Of a DNA stretch of 32,000 nucleotides, positions 1 through 8,745 are shown one piece after another. A model generated the notes under the pieces. That model saw only the letters and a program-made list of their open reading frames with translations, was not told where the DNA came from and did not search any database. Within the stretch, counting starts at the first letter, position 1; each line of letters starts with the position of its first letter. The DNA is from Candidatus Hadarchaeales archaeon. GTDB taxonomy: Archaea; Hadarchaeota; Hadarchaeia; Hadarchaeales; Hadarchaeaceae. Made by a program: the position numbers and the translations under genes. The DNA is taken from positions 90,001 through 122,000 of the forward strand of contig JAWBCC010000001.1 in assembly GCA_038823825.1 (NCBI GenBank), read 5' to 3'.

Positions 1-49
1 TAAGCTTTACTTTTAAGGGTGAAAAATAGAATGCACAGGAGGAATTGAC

Positions 50-1543
50 ATGTCACATGAAGTGATCATCACCTCAGACAGATCTCTCATGTCGGAGTAT
101 GGATACTCGATCTTTGTAGGATTTGCAGCTTGTGCTCCAAAGCTCATTTCAGACTTTCTCTATAAGTTGTTTCTTAGTCCACCAGTTGGAAATCATAACG
201 GAATAGCGGAAGCGGCGCCCTGCGGCACTAGAAAGATGGAAGCGGCTCTGCTAGAGGCTGGCATAGATGTTGTTGTGGCTCATCCGGACCATCTGGACAA
301 TGTGATAGACAAAAACACGAAGGTCGTAGGAATCACCACCAATGATCCACGCGGTTTAGGTCCAGCTTCCACTACTTTCAGCAGTCTTACGAGGAAAAGG
401 ACGTTTTCTGCGATCTTTTTCGAGAAAACAGTGAAAAAAATCAGAGAAGTGGCAAAACGCAGAGGTAATACTTCGCTCAAGATAATCGCTGGGGGTCCGG
501 GCGCTTGGCAGTTGGCAGATGAGAAAATTTTAGAAAGTTATGGAATAGATTGTGTGCTTGTCGGAGAAGGAGAAATAACGGGTGTGGAAATTTTCAAGAA
601 GGCTCTTAAGGGAGAACCTTTGCCGAAAATTGTTTACGGCGAAACAGTCCCTGTAGAGAAAATCCCTTCCATAAAACATAGAACAATAAGCGGTTTGGTT
701 GAAATTGCAAGAGGCTGTGGTAGAGGCTGCAAATTCTGTGTTCCTAATCTCAGAATTTTCAGGTGTCGACCCATCGAGAAGATAATGGAAGAGGTAGAGG
801 TGAACCTGCGTGAAGGAGCACACGAGATACTCCTACATGCAGAGGATGTTCTTAGATATGGGGCTCAAGGACCAATACCAGACGAAAGCAAGGTTCTAGA
901 ACTTTTCGGCAAAGTATTAGAAAAAACTTCAAAGATATCCATATCCCATTTTGCATTTGCTTCGGTTGTCTCCAAGCCAGATTTGATTCCAAAACTCACA
1001 CAACTTCTGGACTCGAAAACGGATGCTAAATTCTATTCGGGACAGGTGGGCATTGAGACGGGATCACCTAGGTTAATGGAGAAGCACATGTTTGGAAAGG
1101 TTCTTCCTTTCAAGCCTGAACAGTGGCCAGAGATCGTCATTGAAGCGCACAAAATTTTGGCCGACCACCGATGGGTACCATGTTCGACCTTGATTTCAGG
1201 TTTACCAGGAGAAACCGCAGAAGACATACGCAAAACGATCGAGCTTGTCCAGAATCTAAGAGAATACCGGTCGCTTATAGTTCCACTTTTTTTCGTACCT
1301 CTAGGTGGACTGGAAGGAGGAAAGTTTTTCTCAAAAGAAGACATGCTACCTGAGCATTGGATGCTGATGGCCGAATGCATAAAACACGATTTCAAGTGGG
1401 TTGATGATCTTGCGAAAGATTATCTTTCAGATCCTTTCCAAAGATTTTTTGTTCGACAGATAGTTTTTAGGATATTCCGCAGGGTCTTAAAAAAGCCGAT
1501 CAAGTTGATGGAGGAAGGGATAGATCCCACCACCGCTGGTTAA
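50..1543 (+). CDS. Radical SAM enzyme with N-terminal B12-binding-like domain; substrate unknown
   Basis: 497-aa ORF with AGGAGG 7 nt upstream of ATG-50. Canonical CX3CX2C motif in ARGCGRGCKFCVPN (Cys codons within nt 716-739). The N-terminal half (VVGITTNDP, KIIAGGPGAW, CVLVGEGE) resembles the Rossmann/flavodoxin-like B12-binding-type domain that precedes many archaeal radical SAM cores. Confidence 0.75.
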   Translation: MSHEVIITSDRSLMSEYGYSIFVGFAACAPKLISDFLYKLFLSPPVGNHNGIAEAAPCGTRKMEAALLEAGIDVVVAHPDHLDNVIDKNTKVVGITTNDPRGLGPASTTFSSLTRKRTFSAIFFEKTVKKIREVAKRRGNTSLKIIAGGPGAWQLADEKILESYGIDCVLVGEGEITGVEIFKKALKGEPLPKIVYGETVPVEKIPSIKHRTISGLVEIARGCGRGCKFCVPNLRIFRCRPIEKIMEEVEVNLREGAHEILLHAEDVLRYGAQGPIPDESKVLELFGKVLEKTSKISISHFAFASVVSKPDLIPKLTQLLDSKTDAKFYSGQVGIETGSPRLMEKHMFGKVLPFKPEQWPEIVIEAHKILADHRWVPCSTLISGLPGETAEDIRKTIELVQNLREYRSLIVPLFFVPLGGLEGGKFFSKEDMLPEHWMLMAECIKHDFKWVDDLAKDYLSDPFQRFFVRQIVFRIFRRVLKKPIKLMEEGIDPTTAG

Positions 1544-1546
1544 TCG

Positions 1547-2566
1547 CTAACCTAAAACGACTGGTTTCCTTCCTAAAAACTCCGCTGCGGTTAAAACTTT
1601 CACACCTTTTCGTTCTCCGGTTTTCCAAACTTCTGCCGTTTTTTCTTTAAATTTCGGTTCTCTCAGCAAGTGGTGATCGTATATCAAGATTTCAAGATTG
1701 CTTGCCTCTTCCAGTATCCTTTCCGCGTTTTTCACGGCTCTTTTTAGGTTGGATTTTGCCACCAAGTATCCGAGCATGTAGGTGGATGGTCCATCAAGAA
1801 TCAATATATTCGGGTTTTGATCAATTATCCATTCTGCATAATTCTCGATAACGGGCCCATTTAAGTCAGAAGAATGAATTAGTTTTTCTTTACCATGTTT
1901 TACGATCGTAGAGAAAATCCAACCTATCTTAGAGAATTCGACACCATGGAAAAAAGGTTCGGACATTTGCAACTTGGTTCTACCGAATGTAAAAGTTTTC
2001 CCTTCAGGAAATTTCAAGCTTCCATTTTTAAAAGAAAGTTCTGGGATTCTTTCCCAAGTTTTCCACTTTTCCGATAAATTTTTAAACCATTTGAGTCCCT
2101 TTTCGAAGGTTTCTTTGCTTAAATTGCGAGAAAGCTCCTTTATAGCGTCTTCATATTCCTCCTTCTCTTCAATCTCGATGGTTTTCAGCTTTTGCTTTCC
2201 TATGCTCCGGCAATAATGCTGAAAGAAAGTTTCTGCCCTTTTTCTTTGAGACTCATTTATGAATTCGTTTGGATTTTTTGCAAAAACAATTTTGTGTTCA
2301 TAAAGTTGTTTATCAAAATCCACAAAGTGATCATAGTGATAGTGAGAAATAACCACGACATTCGCGGACTTTGCAGATTTCCGAATCGAAAGTTTTGCCT
2401 TAGCCAGCCAGTAAAGCTTTTTTACGAGATTGGCTGGAAACGATGGTTGCATAATGGCTGCTCCAGGATCAATTAGGATTCGCACATCTTTTGTCCAAAC
2501 TAAAACACATGAAGATTTTACACCCAAGCTATCAAACCATATAGGTCTAAAACTAATGTGTTTCAT
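1547..2566 (-). CDS. Metallo-beta-lactamase-fold protein (archaeal UPF0282-like), function unknown
   Basis: 339-aa ORF with the HxHxDH metal motif in VVISHYHYDHF. The N-terminal strand pattern SSCVLVWTKDVRILIDPG is typical of the MBL fold. Overall layout recalls the archaeal UPF0282 family (from memory, not searched). Its start overlaps the stop of the upstream P-loop gene by 14 nt. Confidence 0.7.
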   Translation of the reverse strand: MKHISFRPIWFDSLGVKSSCVLVWTKDVRILIDPGAAIMQPSFPANLVKKLYWLAKAKLSIRKSAKSANVVVISHYHYDHFVDFDKQLYEHKIVFAKNPNEFINESQRKRAETFFQHYCRSIGKQKLKTIEIEEKEEYEDAIKELSRNLSKETFEKGLKWFKNLSEKWKTWERIPELSFKNGSLKFPEGKTFTFGRTKLQMSEPFFHGVEFSKIGWIFSTIVKHGKEKLIHSSDLNGPVIENYAEWIIDQNPNILILDGPSTYMLGYLVAKSNLKRAVKNAERILEEASNLEILIYDHHLLREPKFKEKTAEVWKTGERKGVKVLTAAEFLGRKPVVLG

Positions 2567-3155
2567 GCTTCCTCCAGTACTCCAAAATTTTTTGCACGAT
2601 TTCTTTTGTTTTCTTTTTTAAATCCTCAAAATCCCCCACGTTTTCGACAATGATCAGCGGAAGAAACTCGGAGATTTTGTCATGGTCGTCTTCTTCGTAT
2701 GTTTTTCTCATTTCTTCCTCTGGAACGAGATGAATTTCGGTTTCCATTCCACTTCTTTTGAGATTTCTTTTCAGACAGATATCGAAAGGCACCTTAACAT
2801 AAATTGCCAAACTTTTTTCCAGAATCTTTTTGTCAAAGTTTTTTAAGGCTCTTTCATAACTCTTTCTCGCAAACTCAACAAAGACAAGTCTTCCGGGCTC
2901 CTGGAGTTTTTCCACGGTCTTCGCGAGCTCTTTTGCCATGTCATCCCAAACGCTTTCATCTGTAACCTTAAAGCCTCCAGGAGTAGGCTTGTGTCTTTTG
3001 AACTCTTTGTCCTCCTCGAAGATTTTCAAAAGAATCGGAAAGTCGTTTATTTTTACAATTTCTGCGTCAACTCCTGAAGAGGCCAACTCTTCCCTAAGCA
3101 TCTTGAAGATCGTCGTTTTCCCGCTCCCAGGTCGACCTAAGAGAAAGATATTCAT
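2553..3155 (-). CDS. P-loop NTPase, small-molecule/nucleotide kinase-like, function unknown
   Basis: Walker A motif in MNIFLLGRPGSGKTTIF at the N-terminus, about 200 aa. ATG-3155 is preceded by AGGGTG; the ORF track extends to GTG-3164. Overlaps the MBL gene start, so the two are probably co-transcribed. Confidence 0.65.
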   Translation of the reverse strand: MNIFLLGRPGSGKTTIFKMLREELASSGVDAEIVKINDFPILLKIFEEDKEFKRHKPTPGGFKVTDESVWDDMAKELAKTVEKLQEPGRLVFVEFARKSYERALKNFDKKILEKSLAIYVKVPFDICLKRNLKRSGMETEIHLVPEEEMRKTYEEDDHDKISEFLPLIIVENVGDFEDLKKKTKEIVQKILEYWRKHETH

Positions 3156-3225
3156 ACAATACACCCTTTAATTCTCTCGATGTAGTAAGCTTTTATGTTG
3201 TGTTTCTCATCAAAAGGTGAAGGAG

Positions 3226-4422
3226 ATGAGGGTAGCTCTAGCATACAGCGGCGGTCTAGACACAACGGTCTGCATAAAGCTTCTCCAAGAAAAATGGAAT
3301 GCGGAGGTCATAACGGTTTGTGTAGATGTGGGCCAGAGTCCAGAGGACCTCCGGCAGGCAGCAGAAAGGGCGGAAAAACTAGGGGTGTTAAAACACGTTC
3401 ATATCGATGCGAAGGACGAGTTCATAGAAAAATATGTTTTTCAAAGCGTGAAAGCCAATGGAAATTACGAGGGATATCCGCTTTCGACGGCCCTGGCTCG
3501 ATATCCGATAGCAGCAAAGGTAGTTGAAGTCGCAAAGAAAGAAGGCGCAGATGCTGTAGCTCACGGATGTACAGGAAAAGGCAACGACCAGTTCAGATTT
3601 GACATAACATTTTCTCTACTCGCTCCAGAGCTGAAAATAATTGCTCCAATCAGAGAACTGAACTTAGATAGACAGAAAGAAATCGAATATGCGATAAAAA
3701 ACAAGATCCCCGTCTCTGTCAAAAAGAAAAAACCTTACAGCATTGATGAGAATCTCTGGGGTAGATCAATTGAAGGAGGCATTCTGGAGAACCCGGCCGA
3801 ACCTCCTCCCGATGAAATATACGCTCTGACGGTATCTCCGGAGAAGGTCAAGAAAAAGCGCAGGATTATTTCTATAAACTTTGAGAACGGAGTTCCGGTA
3901 GGACTTGATGGTAAGAAAATGAAGGGAGTAGCGCTGGTCAATGCGTTAAATAAATTAGCTGGTTCGTATGGGATTGGCAGGATAGAATTAATCGAAGACA
4001 GAATTCTAGGTCTAAAGGCAAGGGAGAACTATGAGGCTCCCGCCGCAACGGTAATCTTGCAAGCTCACAAAGCCCTAGAACAATTTGTTCTGACGAAACA
4101 GGAATTTTTCTTCAAGCAAACGGTTGACAAGCTTTGGTCTGATTTGGTTTATAGCGGTTTCTGGTTCGATCCATTGAAGCAGGACTTGGATGCCTTTATA
4201 GATAAAACACAAGAAAAAGTAACTGGGAAAGTTAAAGTAGAGTTGAATGCAGGCTTTTCGAGAGTGGTGGGTAGAGAATCGCCATATTCTCTTTATGAGG
4301 AGGATCTTGTGTCTTTCGAAAAATTCGGTTTTGATCAGCGAGAAGCGGCATCTGTGATCAAATTCTTCAGTCTACAATCTATGATTGCCGGAAGGAGGAG
4401 AAAAGTTGCTCCGCAAAGGTAG
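3226..4422 (+). CDS. argG: Argininosuccinate synthase
   Basis: N-terminal ATP-PPase motif ALAYSGGLDTTV, AHGCTGKGNDQFRF and ENLWGRSIEGG. ATG-3226 is preceded by GGTGAAGGAG; the ORF track starts at GTG-3217. Confidence 0.92.
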   Translation: MRVALAYSGGLDTTVCIKLLQEKWNAEVITVCVDVGQSPEDLRQAAERAEKLGVLKHVHIDAKDEFIEKYVFQSVKANGNYEGYPLSTALARYPIAAKVVEVAKKEGADAVAHGCTGKGNDQFRFDITFSLLAPELKIIAPIRELNLDRQKEIEYAIKNKIPVSVKKKKPYSIDENLWGRSIEGGILENPAEPPPDEIYALTVSPEKVKKKRRIISINFENGVPVGLDGKKMKGVALVNALNKLAGSYGIGRIELIEDRILGLKARENYEAPAATVILQAHKALEQFVLTKQEFFFKQTVDKLWSDLVYSGFWFDPLKQDLDAFIDKTQEKVTGKVKVELNAGFSRVVGRESPYSLYEEDLVSFEKFGFDQREAASVIKFFSLQSMIAGRRRKVAPQR

Positions 4423-5884
4423 ATTTGAAAAAGAAATGGATAAGCGCATTGCAAAATATACAAGTTCACTAGAAGAGGATATCCGGATTTTTAGACAAGT
4501 TGTGAAAATAAACATCGCACATGTTTTGATGCTTCTCAAAATGAAAATAATTTCCGCCAAAGAGGCATCAAAAATTTTATCAGCTTTACTAGAACTGTTT
4601 GAAATTTCACCATCTAAGTTGCGACTTCGTCCAGAATTTGAAGACATACATATGGTGGTGGAAGATTTTGTAATTAAAAAAGTTGGAGACATAGGCGGAA
4701 AAATTCATATAGCAAAAAGCCGAAATGATCAAGTTGTTGCGGCACTCAGATTACAGATCAAAGAAGAAATTTTGGACATCGCGAGAAAGCTGCTCGATTT
4801 AATTCAAGTATTCAATCAAAAAGCCGATGAAACCGCAGAAATTGTAATGCCGGGCTACACGCATCTCCAAGTCGGAGAACCAACGACTTTCGGGCATTAT
4901 CTTCTCTCGTATGTTCAGATGTTTTGGAGAGATTTGGAGAGATTCTTGCAGGCATATGACAGAGTTAATTCGAGTCCAATGGGGTCCTGTTCATTTGCCG
5001 GGACGAGTTTCAATATAGACAGAAAAATTGTTGCAGAACTTTTAGGCTTTGAAAGAATCGATAAGAATACCATGGATGCTGTGAGTTCTCGCGATTGGTT
5101 ACTTGAATCCATGACCGCTTCTGCGATATTGATGACAAACTTGAGCAGACTTTCCGAAGACATGATTATCTGGTCTTCTCTGGAGTTCGGCTTTGTGGAT
5201 TTTCCGGAAGAATTTAGCTCAACTAGCAGCATAATGCCACAGAAAAAGAACCCAATAGTTTTCGAAGTGGTTAGAGCAAAAGCTGCCGAGACAATAGGTC
5301 TCCTTTCTGGAGCTATGTCGCTTGTGAAGGGTCTTCCCCAATCTTACAATTTGGATCTTCAAGAATTGACACCATTGCTCTGGAGATCTTTTGATGAAAC
5401 AAAACACGCGATTGAGGTAGTTTCGCTAGCTGTCAGAGAAATACGGGTCAATGAGGAGAGAATGAAACATTCGATGGAAAAAGGTTTCGCTACCATCGTT
5501 GAGCTAGCGAACGAACTTGTTCGTTCTTATGGTCTAAGCTTCAGGCAGGCGCATGCAGTTGCTGGAAGAGTCGTTTTAAATGCCATAAAGGATGGAAAGA
5601 CTATCGAAAAAATAAATGTAAGTGATGTGGCAAGGGCCTCGTCAGAGATACTCGGCAGAAAGATCGAGATATCCGAGAGCGTTCTGAAGAAAATTTTGGA
5701 TCCAACCAGTGCAATAAAGTCAAGAAACATAGAGGGAGGACCGTCTCCGAACAGAATAAAAGAAGAGGTGCTGAGATTGCAAAAAGAAATCGATGCGTTG
5801 ACTAGAAAATTAACGAGTGAAAAAGAAAAACTGGAGGTAGTGGAAAAGAAGTTAATCAAGATGGCTAAGGAGGTTTGCAGATGA
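4406..5884 (+). CDS. argH: Argininosuccinate lyase
   Basis: Fumarate-lyase superfamily signature SSIMPQKKNP, GYTHLQVGEPTTFGH, and the N-terminal GRF motif. TTG-4406 sits 6 nt after GGAGGAG and overlaps the argG stop by 17 nt; the ORF track offers TTG-4385. Confidence 0.9.
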   Translation: MLRKGRFEKEMDKRIAKYTSSLEEDIRIFRQVVKINIAHVLMLLKMKIISAKEASKILSALLELFEISPSKLRLRPEFEDIHMVVEDFVIKKVGDIGGKIHIAKSRNDQVVAALRLQIKEEILDIARKLLDLIQVFNQKADETAEIVMPGYTHLQVGEPTTFGHYLLSYVQMFWRDLERFLQAYDRVNSSPMGSCSFAGTSFNIDRKIVAELLGFERIDKNTMDAVSSRDWLLESMTASAILMTNLSRLSEDMIIWSSLEFGFVDFPEEFSSTSSIMPQKKNPIVFEVVRAKAAETIGLLSGAMSLVKGLPQSYNLDLQELTPLLWRSFDETKHAIEVVSLAVREIRVNEERMKHSMEKGFATIVELANELVRSYGLSFRQAHAVAGRVVLNAIKDGKTIEKINVSDVARASSEILGRKIEISESVLKKILDPTSAIKSRNIEGGPSPNRIKEEVLRLQKEIDALTRKLTSEKEKLEVVEKKLIKMAKEVCR

Positions 5885-6909
5885 AAATAAGAGCAGCTAT
5901 CGTTGGAGTTTCTGGTTATACGGGCGGAGAGTTGCTCAGACTTCTTTTTAACCACCCAAATGTGGAGATTGCCCATATCTGCGGGGCAAAAAGCGCCGGT
6001 AAAACCTTGAAGGATTATCAACCTCATTTAGTGGGTTTACTGGATTGGGAGATAGAAGAACCAGATTACAGAAGGTTGGGAGAATCGGTAGACGTTGTTT
6101 TCTTTTCAACTCCCCATGGTGTCGCGATGAAACATGCGCCAGAAGTTCTGAAAGGCGGAGCGAAAGTAGTCGATCTAAGTGCCGACTATAGATTAAAGGA
6201 TTTGTCAATTTTTGAAAAATACTACGGAAAGCATGAGAGTCCGGAGATAAAAGGAGTTTATGGACTTCCAGAAATTCATAGAGAAGAAATTAAAAATTCG
6301 AGACTTGTTGCAAATCCGGGATGTTACTCTACCGTGGTTATATTGGCTCTCGCCCCTCTCGTAAAAGAAAACTTGATTGACACAGATCACATAGTCGTTG
6401 ACGCCTTGTCCGGAAGTTCGGGTGCCGGAGCCTCTCCTACCGAGTTTACTCATCATCCGACTACTGCTTCGAATGTTAAACCATATTCTGTCTGTAATCA
6501 TAGGCATCTTCCAGAAATCGAGCAGGAGCTTAGTGAGCTGGCCGGAAAGAAAGTGAACGTTTTTTTCACACCACATTTGATTCCAATTACTAGAGGGATA
6601 TTGATGACAGCGCATGTCTTCTTCCGCGAGCATGTTTTCTCTGAAGACATTCGAGAAGTTTATCTGGATTTTTACAATGGAGAACCCTTCGTCAGGCTAC
6701 GTGAAAAAATCCCTGAGCTCAATTACGTTGTCGGATCAAACTTCTGCGATATTGGCTTTGAAATTTCCAGCGACGGCAAATGGGGCGTGGTGGTTTCTGT
6801 AATCGATAATTTGATCAAGGGCGCCTCCGGTCAAGCCATACAGAACATGAACATAATGTTTGGAATTGATGAGAAGACCGGCCTCAGTATACCTCCCCTG
6901 CGACCCTAA
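5881..6909 (+). CDS. argC: N-acetyl-gamma-glutamyl-phosphate reductase
   Basis: NAD(P) motif VGVSGYTGGELLRLL and the active-site Cys in ANPGCYST. ATG-5881 forms an ATGA overlap with the argH stop and is preceded by AAGGAGG. Confidence 0.92.
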   Translation: MKIRAAIVGVSGYTGGELLRLLFNHPNVEIAHICGAKSAGKTLKDYQPHLVGLLDWEIEEPDYRRLGESVDVVFFSTPHGVAMKHAPEVLKGGAKVVDLSADYRLKDLSIFEKYYGKHESPEIKGVYGLPEIHREEIKNSRLVANPGCYSTVVILALAPLVKENLIDTDHIVVDALSGSSGAGASPTEFTHHPTTASNVKPYSVCNHRHLPEIEQELSELAGKKVNVFFTPHLIPITRGILMTAHVFFREHVFSEDIREVYLDFYNGEPFVRLREKIPELNYVVGSNFCDIGFEISSDGKWGVVVSVIDNLIKGASGQAIQNMNIMFGIDEKTGLSIPPLRP

Positions 6910-6924
6910 TGGGAGGAGCTTTTG

Positions 6925-8157
6925 ATGATTACTCTAATAGAGGGTGGAATAACAACAGTTCCTGGATTCCTGACCGCGGGTGTTAGAGCCGGAATAAAGA
7001 GGAGAGGTTTGGATCTAATGTTGATATATTCTAAAGATGGCCCAGTTCCTGCAGCCGGAGCTTTTACAACAAATAAAATAAAAGGAGCAGCAGTCATCCT
7101 GAGCCAGAAACACATAAAAAATGGAAGAATTGGTGCAATCGTTTGCAACTCCGGAATTGCGAATGTGTTTACCGGTAAGCGAGGTCTAAAGGATGCAGAA
7201 AGAATGGCCGAGTTGACCGCCAATCTGCTAAATTTAAAGAAAAAGGAAGTTGTTGTGGCATCCACCGGTATAATCGGAGTATACCTCCCGATCAAGAAAA
7301 TAGAAAAAGGAATAAGACTGGCGGTCAGAGAATTATCGGATTCTAGGGAAGCCAGCTTGAATGCGGCTAAAGCAATAATGACAACTGATACTTTTCCAAA
7401 GGAGGCAGCTGCGAAAGTGGAGTTGGAAGATGGTACAATTGTCACCATTGCAGGTATAGCCAAAGGTGCGGGAATGATTTGTCCAAAGATGAAATGTGCA
7501 ACAATGTTATCGTTCATCGTGACGGATGCAAAAATAACACAAGAAGCTTTGCGCACCGCTCTTGCCCAAGCTGTTGATAAAACCTTTAACATGTTGAACA
7601 TAGATGGAGAGACCAGCACGAGTGATATGGTGATCGTCATGGCGAACGGTCGAGCAGGAAATCGGGAAATAACGTCAGATAAAATAGACAGAAACTTCCA
7701 GAGCGGGCTAGAATGCGTAATGGGTGAGTTGGCTTGGATGATCGCTAGAGATGGGGAGGGTGCAACAAAAGTTCTCCAAGTTCATGTCATTAACGCTAAA
7801 ACTGCGGAGGAAGCAAAAAAAGCGGCAAAAACGATTGTCGGTTCAAATCTCGTAAAATCAGCCATGTTCGGAAGAGATCCAAACTGGGGTAGGGTGATCG
7901 CAGCTCTAGGTTACTCGGGAGTTTCTTTTAACCCGCGCAAGCTATCGCTTGAGTTTGAAAGTGAAAGGGGAAGGGTTCTACTTGTCAAAGGGGAAAATCC
8001 ACCAACGAAAAAGCTTCTGATGCGTACGAGGGATATTCTGAGAAGCAAAGAAATAGAAATAAGGGTTAATTTGGGAGTGGGTAAAGAATGCGCGACTGCT
8101 TTGGGATGTGATTTGACGTACGATTATGTGAGAATCAACTCAAGATACACGACATAA
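6925..8157 (+). CDS. argJ: Bifunctional ornithine acetyltransferase / N-acetylglutamate synthase
   Basis: GGITTVPGFLTAGVRAGIK at the N-terminus and the autoprocessing motif KCATMLSFIVTDA (cleavage before Thr). GGGAGGAG lies upstream of ATG-6925. Confidence 0.92.
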   Translation: MITLIEGGITTVPGFLTAGVRAGIKRRGLDLMLIYSKDGPVPAAGAFTTNKIKGAAVILSQKHIKNGRIGAIVCNSGIANVFTGKRGLKDAERMAELTANLLNLKKKEVVVASTGIIGVYLPIKKIEKGIRLAVRELSDSREASLNAAKAIMTTDTFPKEAAAKVELEDGTIVTIAGIAKGAGMICPKMKCATMLSFIVTDAKITQEALRTALAQAVDKTFNMLNIDGETSTSDMVIVMANGRAGNREITSDKIDRNFQSGLECVMGELAWMIARDGEGATKVLQVHVINAKTAEEAKKAAKTIVGSNLVKSAMFGRDPNWGRVIAALGYSGVSFNPRKLSLEFESERGRVLLVKGENPPTKKLLMRTRDILRSKEIEIRVNLGVGKECATALGCDLTYDYVRINSRYTT

Positions 8158-8730
8158 CTCCGTAAAAATTTTCGATATTTTCGGCAAAAGAGAAAGAACT
8201 GCAGCCTTGGTGGCTAGCTCGGCTGATATTCTATCGTCTCCGAAGCCAACTATTATTGCATCACCTTCTTCAGGTCTAGAAATCGCAAGAATCGCATCAG
8301 CCTCTTTTCTGACCTCAATTCCGTCGGGAAATCTGAGTTTTCCCTTTTTGAAAACCAACACGGTAGCGCCTTTTCCCCCGATTTGTACTGCAGCATCTCT
8401 TTGCTCCATTCCCGAGGTTACGCGAACACTTCCACCAGGAACCTTGGAAATCATACTAATCTTGCCAAGCGAAAGATATCTTAATTTTATCTCCGAGATT
8501 GTTGGTAATTCGTCTAGAAGTTTTTTCCCTCTCTCGCTCAGACAACTTCCACCCCTTGCGGAAAGAACGAGTCCCAGTTTATTTAATCTCTCCAAAATAG
8601 TTCTAACGCTTCCTTCTCCTAGCTTCATGATTTTGGCGAGTTGCCCGCGCCCGATTCGTTTATGTTTGCCTATCAGCTCAAGAGCCATCCAAAGATGCGG
8701 CGGCGAGAAACGAGGAAGAGGACCTCCCAA
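8140..8730 (-). CDS. Winged-helix (wHTH) DNA-binding protein with an uncharacterised C-terminal domain (DUF4443-like from memory)
   Basis: 196-aa ORF. The N-terminus IGRGQLAKIMKLGEGSVRTILERLNKLGLVLSARGG...LSERGKKLL fits a MarR/TrmB-like wHTH. The C-terminal ~110 aa has no motif I can assign. TTG-8730 lies 8 nt after GGAGGAG, directly downstream of the argF stop. Confidence 0.55.
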   Translation of the reverse strand: MGGPLPRFSPPHLWMALELIGKHKRIGRGQLAKIMKLGEGSVRTILERLNKLGLVLSARGGSCLSERGKKLLDELPTISEIKLRYLSLGKISMISKVPGGSVRVTSGMEQRDAAVQIGGKGATVLVFKKGKLRFPDGIEVRKEADAILAISRPEEGDAIIVGFGDDRISAELATKAAVLSLLPKISKIFTELCRVS

Positions 8731-8745
8731 GGATAGTTCTCCTCC

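Noticed and set aside
50-1543. The radical SAM protein as a tetraether lipid synthase (Tes/GDGT-MAS), given a GGGPS gene in the same window.
   Set aside because: GGGPS is 22 kb away on an unrelated operon. The protein has only the single CX3CX2C motif and no Cys-rich auxiliary-cluster or rubredoxin-like motifs, which I recall GDGT-MAS having. There is no positive evidence.
3165-3225. A shared operator motif (TCGATGTAG versus TTCGATAGCAG) between the argG promoter region and the 17146-17352 region.
   Set aside because: The match is only about 7 nt, and the two copies sit at different distances from their TATA elements. That is indistinguishable from chance without comparative data.
5740-5884. 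A C-terminal ~45-aa Lys/Glu-rich coiled-coil-like tail on ArgH (RIKEEVLRLQKEIDALTRKLTSEKEKLEVVEKKLIKMAKEVCR).
   Set aside because: Archaeal ArgH proteins are commonly 20-30 aa longer than bacterial ones, with helical tails. The extension is in-frame, and its end is coupled to argC by an ATGA overlap. I cannot show it is unusual without an alignment.
6906-7640. Long antisense ORFs: 244 aa at 6906-7640 (-), 264 aa at 8207-9001 (+), 224 aa at 22984-23658 (-), 174 aa at 10961-11485 (+), 164 aa at 19620-20114 (+), 162 aa at 16349-16837 (+) and 166 aa at 5527-6027 (-).
   Set aside because: Each lies fully opposite a gene with strong family motifs (argJ, regulator/argF, nnrD, argB, lysC, LeuC-like, argH/argC). 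Their translations are low-complexity (Ser/Pro/Ile-rich), they lack SD signals, and they show no recognisable motifs. These are typical shadow ORFs.
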